Assembly: GCF_015767275.1 (NCBI RefSeq)
Contig: NZ_JADWMY010000003.1
Coordinates: 353,249-393,248 of the forward strand
Source of the DNA: Herbaspirillum sp. AP02
GTDB lineage: Bacteria > Pseudomonadota > Gammaproteobacteria > Burkholderiales > Burkholderiaceae_D
Direction of reading: 5' to 3'
DNA: 40,000 nt
Shown here piece after piece: positions 34,933 through 40,000 of this stretch. A program made the position numbers and the translations under genes. Below the pieces are notes generated by a model, which did no database searches, was not told where the DNA came from, and was given only the letters and a program-made list of their open reading frames with translations. Position 1 is the stretch's first letter, and every line of letters starts with the position of its first letter.

Positions 34933-35229
34933 GGGGTGTTCTTGTCTGGTTCGGGGGCGGGTTTTCCTGCCTGGCAGGGCTGCCGAATTCCGAAGAGGGG
35001 CGATTATATAGGCTCTGCCAAAAAAATGAAACTGCTCTTGGTAGAAAAAAGATCGGTTTGTTGGCGGGCGGTGCGGAGGCATTGATCCGGGGGATTTTTC
35101 ACGGGTTCCCGGGAGGATTGGTGCGAGGAAACCGGTTTATCTGAACGGGAGCCGGCCTTGTAGAGAATCCATCCCCGACCATGCGCGCAGTTGACCTCCC
35201 GGTAACGACTGTCTGTCGTCAGACTGGCT

Positions 35230-35811
35230 TCATTTCTTTCCCGGTAATAATCCGGCAGAGAGATAACTGCGAATGAGCTGGTCATACACCGAAACATCGC
35301 TTCGGCTCCGGGCGATCAATTGGGCGCCTGCGATTGCCGAAAAAATGGCTTCTGCGCGGCTGCCGCATTCCTTGGCAGGTATCGCGGCCTGACTGACAAG
35401 CATACGTTTCAACCACGCGACATTGACCTCGGCGAATTTTCGCACCTCACTCTTGATCTCTTCGGGAAGATCGTCCATTTCGGCTGCCAGGAAACTACAC
35501 AGGCAGATGCGATTGTCCCGGTCAAGGGCAGTACGGAAGGTGTCGGGATATCTGCGCAGGCATTCCAGCGGGGAGCCTGCGGTTTCTTCTATCGTCCGTA
35601 GCGTCGCCTCGGAATCTTCCCAGTAGCGCCTGGCTACTGCAGCGCCAAGCGCCGCCTTGCTGGCGAAATGATGATAGACGCTGGCCGCCTTGATACCGAC
35701 GGCGCTAGCCAGATCGCGAACGTTCAGCCCATTGTAGCCATGCGCCTGCGCAATCCTCGTGGCCTCCACAAGGATCTTTTCCCTTGAGTTGGCTCCTGCT
35801 TCGATTTTCAC
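35230..35811 (-). CDS. TetR/AcrR-family transcriptional regulator
   Basis: Track ORF 35230..35841 starts at GTG. I prefer the GTG at 35811, which has AAGGAG 5 nt upstream on the coding strand. HTH REKILVEATRIAQAHGYNGLNVRDLASAVGIKAASVYHHFASK. Divergent from the GST gene. The intergenic region holds ACCTA-N8-TAGGT (35867-35884), a possible operator. Confidence 0.8.
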   Translation of the reverse strand: MKIEAGANSREKILVEATRIAQAHGYNGLNVRDLASAVGIKAASVYHHFASKAALGAAVARRYWEDSEATLRTIEETAGSPLECLRRYPDTFRTALDRDNRICLCSFLAAEMDDLPEEIKSEVRKFAEVNVAWLKRMLVSQAAIPAKECGSRAEAIFSAIAGAQLIARSRSDVSVYDQLIRSYLSAGLLPGKK

Positions 35812-35932
35812 TGTGGCTCCTTGCAAAAAAAGCGTTGACACGCCGGAGTATAACGCAATATCGTTAACCTATCGAACGTTAGGTAGGTTTCGATCAGGTC
35901 TTTTTTCTTTTCATTGATTCCAGGAGCAGGCA

Positions 35933-36619
35933 ATGACATCCACCCCGACACACGCTGAGCCCAATAGCTCTCCCTCCATGACGATCTACGACTTCCCCGT
36001 AGGTCCTTACCCGACACGCGTTCGCATCGCCATCGCAGAAAAGGGGCTGCAAGATAAGGTCCAGTTCAAGATGGTCGATCTGTACAAGGGCGAGCACAAG
36101 ACGCCGGAATTCATCGCGCAAAAGAATTACTCGGGCACGCTGCCCGTCCTGGAGCTGGCAGATGGCACGCTCATCGCGGAATGCACTGCCATCACGCAGT
36201 ATCTCGATACGCTGGACGGTTCGCCCAGCCTGACAGGCAATACGCCACTGGAGCAGGGATTGATCCACATGATGAGCAAGCGGGTGGAGATCGAAGTGCT
36301 GGACGCCATCAGCGTCTATTTCCACCACGGCACACCCGGCCTGGGGCCGTTGGTGGAGCTGTATCAAAATCCGGAGTGGGGATTCCGTCAACGTGACAAG
36401 GCGATCCGGGGTATGCATTACCTTGACAAGGTGCTGCAGCGACACGCGTACGTTGCGGGAGAGAGTTTTTCGATGGCCGACATCACCCTCATTGGCGGCC
36501 TGGTATTTGCCGCCATCGTGAAGCTGGAGATTCCAGCGGAATGCAGAGCGCTTCTTTCCTGGTACGAGAGAATGAAAGGACGCAAGAGCGTAGCGAATCA
36601 GCCGGCGTTTGCTGGTTAG
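35933..36619 (+). CDS. Glutathione S-transferase
   Basis: 228 aa with AGGAG 6 nt upstream. The N-terminal thioredoxin-like domain (TIYDFPVGPYPTRVRIAIAEKGL...GTLPVLELADGTLIAECTAITQYL) matches the GST N-domain pattern. Confidence 0.85.
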   Translation: MTSTPTHAEPNSSPSMTIYDFPVGPYPTRVRIAIAEKGLQDKVQFKMVDLYKGEHKTPEFIAQKNYSGTLPVLELADGTLIAECTAITQYLDTLDGSPSLTGNTPLEQGLIHMMSKRVEIEVLDAISVYFHHGTPGLGPLVELYQNPEWGFRQRDKAIRGMHYLDKVLQRHAYVAGESFSMADITLIGGLVFAAIVKLEIPAECRALLSWYERMKGRKSVANQPAFAG

Positions 36620-36663
36620 GCAGACTGTTCGGGTGTTGGGATGGAGAGAGGGAGGGCGTCCAT

Positions 36664-36879
36664 TCATCTATCTCCTGCCCAGTGCAGCAGCAGTATCGGG
36701 CAATGATCGAACAGCAGTGGCGACGTATCGCAAGCAAAACGATCAAGATGGATGTCGGCATCGCGCCACGAAAAGTAGGACTCGGCCGGGGCATCGTGAT
36801 CACCGATACGCGCATATTCAGGGAGTAAGACCTGATACCGCTTCCAGTAATCATCGGTGCTGTAGCTGGATGGATGCAT
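36664..36879 (-). pseudogene. Remnant of an alpha/beta-hydrolase gene (N-terminal ~70 codons only)
   Basis: The 71-aa ORF reads ...SYFSWRDADIHLDRF...PILLLHWAGDR*. It resembles the N-terminus of alpha/beta hydrolases up to the HG(G) oxyanion motif (LLLHG-), then stops. No continuation is visible in any frame before the convergent GST gene end. Confidence 0.4.
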
Positions 36880-37245
36880 GCGTGTTGTGGGCGGCCTGCA
36901 TCATGGGGATGACGGGCCGCCTTTCAAAGGTCCGCCAATATGACACCGGGCGCAAGAACTCCGGTTTGCGGACGTCTCCCGCTGGCCGATAGCAGATGGT
37001 CGCGGGCAGGCCACGCGGTCGACTGAGCCTCAGGAGTCAGCTCGTCGTTGTTGCCGGTACCGGCCTGAACATTTATTCATTTTTCGATTAGATATTGTTC
37101 ATGTTTGCAGGATTCCGCCAAAAATTGGTGAGATCTAATATGCGTTCCAAGCAAGGCATTCAGCCTGGAGACCTGACGAAGAGACGTCATTGCCAGCCGA
37201 TGCATTGCGATCCAGCGCATCGATATTCATCCAAAGGAACGCATC

Positions 37246-37992
37246 ATGAAACTCAGCAACAAAGTGGCATTTATCACCGGTGGCACCTCAGGCATCGGCC
37301 TGGAAACCGCAAAACTGTTCCAGGCGGAAGGGGCCAGCATCGTGTTGGTCGGTTCGAACGCCGAACGTCTGGCCGAAGCGGGCAAGGCGCTCCATGGCAA
37401 GGCTGTGTTGATCCAGGCCGATATCCGCAAGGTGTCCGACATCGAACGTGCGGTAGAAGAGACCCGTCGCAAGTTCGGCAAGATCGACGTGGTGTTTGCC
37501 AACGCCGGCGCCAGCACGGTCGCCCCTCTCGACGCGGTCACCGAGGACTACATCAACGACAACATCGCGTTGAACTTCACCGGTACCTTCTTCACGATCC
37601 AGAAAACCACCGCCCTGATGAGTGCGGGCGGTAGCGTGATCGTCACGACTTCTTTCCTCAACACCATCGGCTATCCTGGTCTGTCCATCCTGGCAGCGAC
37701 CAAGGCGGCGACGCGCTCCCTGGTGCGCACCCTGGGTGCTGAACTGGCATCGCGCGGTATTCGCGTGAATGCCGTCAGCCCCGGCGCGATCGCCACGCCC
37801 TTCTACAGCAAGATCGGCCTGCCTGACGACGTGCTGGCCCAGGTCGCTGCGAGCATCACCGACAAGGTTCCTCTCAAACGGTTCGGCCAAGCGGAGGAAC
37901 TCGCCAAGACGGCATTGTTCCTGGCCAGCAATGATTCGTCGTATACCACCGGTACCGAACTGGTGGTCGATGGCGGACTGACCCAGTTCTGA
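37246..37992 (+). CDS. SDR-family oxidoreductase
   Basis: 248 aa. VAFITGGTSGIGLE and NAGA motifs. The YxxxK position is unusual (LAATKAAT), as in some SDR subgroups. Confidence 0.85.
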   Translation: MKLSNKVAFITGGTSGIGLETAKLFQAEGASIVLVGSNAERLAEAGKALHGKAVLIQADIRKVSDIERAVEETRRKFGKIDVVFANAGASTVAPLDAVTEDYINDNIALNFTGTFFTIQKTTALMSAGGSVIVTTSFLNTIGYPGLSILAATKAATRSLVRTLGAELASRGIRVNAVSPGAIATPFYSKIGLPDDVLAQVAASITDKVPLKRFGQAEELAKTALFLASNDSSYTTGTELVVDGGLTQF

Positions 37993-38109
37993 GGCGCGGA
38001 AACGATTCGCCGCCCTGCGGAGCAGCCCTGGTCCTGGCGGATCGGGGCTGGGATCATTGGGGGCCGTCAAGAGTAGAATTGCTTTTTCATATTTTTCTCA
38101 GAGTGCCAC

Positions 38110-39030
38110 TTGGACAGACTAGAAGCCATGGCAATGCTGGTGGCGGCGGTGGAGGAGGGCAGCCTGTCGGCCGCTGCCAGAAAACTGAATATTCCAGTTG
38201 CCACGCTCACCCGGAACGTCAATGACCTGGAAAGCGCGCTGGGTACGCGCTTGCTCGTCAGGACGACGCGCAAGCTCGCGTTGACGGATGCGGGGGATGA
38301 ATACGTGGTGGTGGCCAAACGTATCCTCGAGGAAGTGGATGAACTGGAGAGACGCGCCGCCGGCGAATTCACGACACCGCGAGGGGAGTTGGTGGTGGCT
38401 TCCCCGGTACAGGTCGCGCGTCTGAGAGTGCTGCCGGTCATCAATCAGTTTCTGGCGCTGCACCCCGAGATTCGCATTCGCTTGATACAGTCTGACAGGG
38501 TCATTGACCTGGTCGATGAGCGAGCCGACGTCGCAATCCGTGTTGGCCGGCTGCGTGACAGCAGTTTGATCGCAACCAGGGTCGGGACATTGCGGGTGGT
38601 GACGGTGGCGAGTCCCGCTTTCCTGCAAAAGTATGGTCGCCCGCAGACGCCCGACGACTTGCGCAATTTGCCTTGTGTCGTCTTCGACAGTCCCAGTCTT
38701 TCGCCCTGGCGTTATCTCTGTCGTCATACGGGACAGGCCTTTACGGTTGCCGATACGCCGCGACTGCTCGTTTCGTCCCCGGACGCCGCAGTCGATGCCG
38801 CGATTGACAGCATTGGTGTGACATTTGTTCTCGAGCACGATGTGCACGACGCAATCATCGCGGGAAAGCTGCAAACCATCTTGCAAGCGTTCGAGATTGA
38901 ACCGATCCCGATCCATGTGGTTTATCTCTCCAGAGAGGGGATCCCTGCCAAGCTACGGCGATTCATTGATTATGCCGTGCCACAGCTGCGCAAATTGCTT
39001 GCGGAATTCGGACGCATTCCTGCTGAGTAA
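38110..39030 (+). CDS. LysR-family transcriptional regulator
   Basis: 306 aa from a TTG start. MDRLEAMAMLVAAVEEGSLSAAARKLNIPVATLTRNV matches the common MDRLxxMxxFVxVVExGS subfamily N-terminus. ATG 38128 is an alternative start. Confidence 0.8.
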   Translation: MDRLEAMAMLVAAVEEGSLSAAARKLNIPVATLTRNVNDLESALGTRLLVRTTRKLALTDAGDEYVVVAKRILEEVDELERRAAGEFTTPRGELVVASPVQVARLRVLPVINQFLALHPEIRIRLIQSDRVIDLVDERADVAIRVGRLRDSSLIATRVGTLRVVTVASPAFLQKYGRPQTPDDLRNLPCVVFDSPSLSPWRYLCRHTGQAFTVADTPRLLVSSPDAAVDAAIDSIGVTFVLEHDVHDAIIAGKLQTILQAFEIEPIPIHVVYLSREGIPAKLRRFIDYAVPQLRKLLAEFGRIPAE

Positions 39031-39403
39031 GTCCCTTGGGACCCTGACCATCATCCAATATGGCAGCTGCGCAGATCGCGCCGGCTGTGCTTGTCTATTG
39101 CCGCGTTCTGTCATCACGTTTGGTGTTCCTCCCTTCTGCCAGCAGGCGCTCGGCCCGGACAGGCTTTGATTGGCGCAGCGTCAACGCGCCTTATGGTTCG
39201 CCTTGCCTAGTCATTTCTTGATCAGATGTTTGTCGGGTTTGCGTCATTCCGCTTCGAATTTGTCAGGCGCATGATTGATCTCAGGTGAAACGATCCGCCT
39301 ACCCAAATGGCCGAATCGGTTTGCTGATGGAGAAAACCCCGATTCGCATTTTTGCTTGCCGATTTTCTCGGCCGCTCAAACTAATCCATGTGAGATAAAT
39401 GAA

Positions 39404-40000
39404 ATGAAGCTCGTGAACAAAGTTGTACGTAACCCTGGTCTCCAGCCTGATGCTGGTGCGCCTTATGCGAAAGTTTACCTAGGGAAGTCGGCGCTCGCTG
39501 TCATGGTGGCCGTCATCGGACTGATGTCTCAGGAACAGGCTCAGGCGCAGGTATCGATCAGCGGCGCGAGGCTGCCTCTGAACGCGGCCGTTATTGCCGC
39601 GCAGACGGCCGTGGAGACCTGCAAAGCCAATGGCTATGACGTCACCGCGACGGTCGTTGACGTATCGGGGACTCCGCAGGTTGTTCTGCGTGGCGACCAT
39701 GCGGTGATCCACACCAGGGACAGCAGTTTCCGCAAAGCCTATACGGTAGTGACCATGGGGCCGATCTTCCATGTCGATACGACCAGTGGCTATATCGGTG
39801 TCCTGTCGAAGTATCCGCCGCTGCTCGCTCAGTCGCTGGCCAGCACTCCGAATGTCACGGCCTTGCCTGGCGGAGTGGCGTTCAAGGTGGGCGACGAGAC
39901 GATCGCCGGGCTCGGTGTGGGCGGCTCGCCGGGTGGTGACAAGGATGAAGTGTGTGCCCAGGCCGGTGTGGCAAAGGTGGCGGAGCTTCTGAAGAAATAA
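39404..40000 (+). CDS. GlcG/HbpS-like (DUF336) putative heme-binding protein, probably exported
   Basis: Track ORF 39275..40000; internal ATG 39404. A hydrophobic stretch LAVMVAVIGLMS precedes AQAQ. The core (AVIAAQTAVETCKANGYDVTATVVDVSGTPQVVLRGD...AGLGVGGSPGGDKDEVCAQAG) is typical of GlcG/DUF336. Stop TAA at 39998-40000. Confidence 0.7.
   Translation: MKLVNKVVRNPGLQPDAGAPYAKVYLGKSALAVMVAVIGLMSQEQAQAQVSISGARLPLNAAVIAAQTAVETCKANGYDVTATVVDVSGTPQVVLRGDHAVIHTRDSSFRKAYTVVTMGPIFHVDTTSGYIGVLSKYPPLLAQSLASTPNVTALPGGVAFKVGDETIAGLGVGGSPGGDKDEVCAQAGVAKVAELLKK

Noticed and set aside
36489-36854. 121-aa minus-strand ORF overlapping the GST 3' end and the hydrolase stub
   Set aside because: The translation is Cys/Ser/Pro/Arg-rich nonsense. 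It overlaps the well-supported GST gene in antisense and is in a different frame from the hydrolase-like stub.
38825-39403. ORFs and hairpins in the LysR-GlcG intergenic region, including the 114-aa ORF 38825..39169 and the 5' extension of ORF 39275..40000
   Set aside because: The first overlaps the LysR gene out of frame and continues into non-coding DNA. The extension upstream of ATG 39404 has no protein-like character. I saw no convincing RNA motif or repeat.
1-40000. Scan for CRISPR arrays, tRNA/rRNA genes, IS elements, integrases, toxin-antitoxin pairs or known defence-system genes
   Set aside because: I found none by eye: no spaced direct repeats, no T-loop/anticodon-like cloverleaf candidates in the intergenic regions, and no transposase- or recombinase-like ORFs. 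The only mobile-element signature is the group IIC intron.

Overview
High-GC, betaproteobacterium-like chromosomal segment; the taxon is inferred only from codon bias, the porin type and gene content. Almost all real genes lie opposite long spurious antisense ORFs in the supplied track. I see five blocks. (1) 1-10.4 kb: a hydantoin-utilisation-type cluster. It has a truncated FAD-linked oxidase and a hydantoin-racemase-like gene on the minus strand. On the plus strand are a LysR regulator, a DapA-family lyase, an SDR, a D-hydantoinase, an N-carbamoyl-D-amino-acid hydrolase and a 4-gene polar amino-acid ABC importer ending in a clean terminator. (2) 10.42-12.23 kb: an AT-rich island. It begins 4 nt after that terminator's T-tract with what reads as a group IIC intron. 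Domains I-III, V and VI look intact, but no reverse transcriptase sits in the domain IV position. That position holds a 231-aa two-TM orphan ORF instead. This is the most unusual object in the window. (3) 12.15-28.5 kb: a promoter/operator region with twin palindromes, then 18 co-directional, tightly packed genes. They encode a NitT/TauT-type ABC importer, two SDRs, a cupin, an alpha/beta hydrolase, an internal IclR regulator, a ThDP enzyme, an aspartate-dehydrogenase-like protein, an ALDH, a VOC/extradiol dioxygenase, an FAD monooxygenase, two small unknown ORFs, a Rieske oxygenase, a RidA protein and a PDR-type reductase. I cannot assign a pathway. (4) 28.7-34.7 kb: a porin, a chemoreceptor, an MFS transporter with an orphan ModA-like binding protein, and a LysR regulator. 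(5) 34.7-40 kb: a visibly less GC-rich accessory-looking segment. It opens with a triplet of DnaA-box-like 9-mers and an orphan bidirectional terminator. It then carries TetR, GST, a hydrolase gene remnant, an SDR, a LysR regulator and a GlcG/HbpS-like protein. I found no rRNA, tRNA, CRISPR array, transposase or integrase. All family calls come from reading the translated ORFs and motifs by eye; no database search was run.
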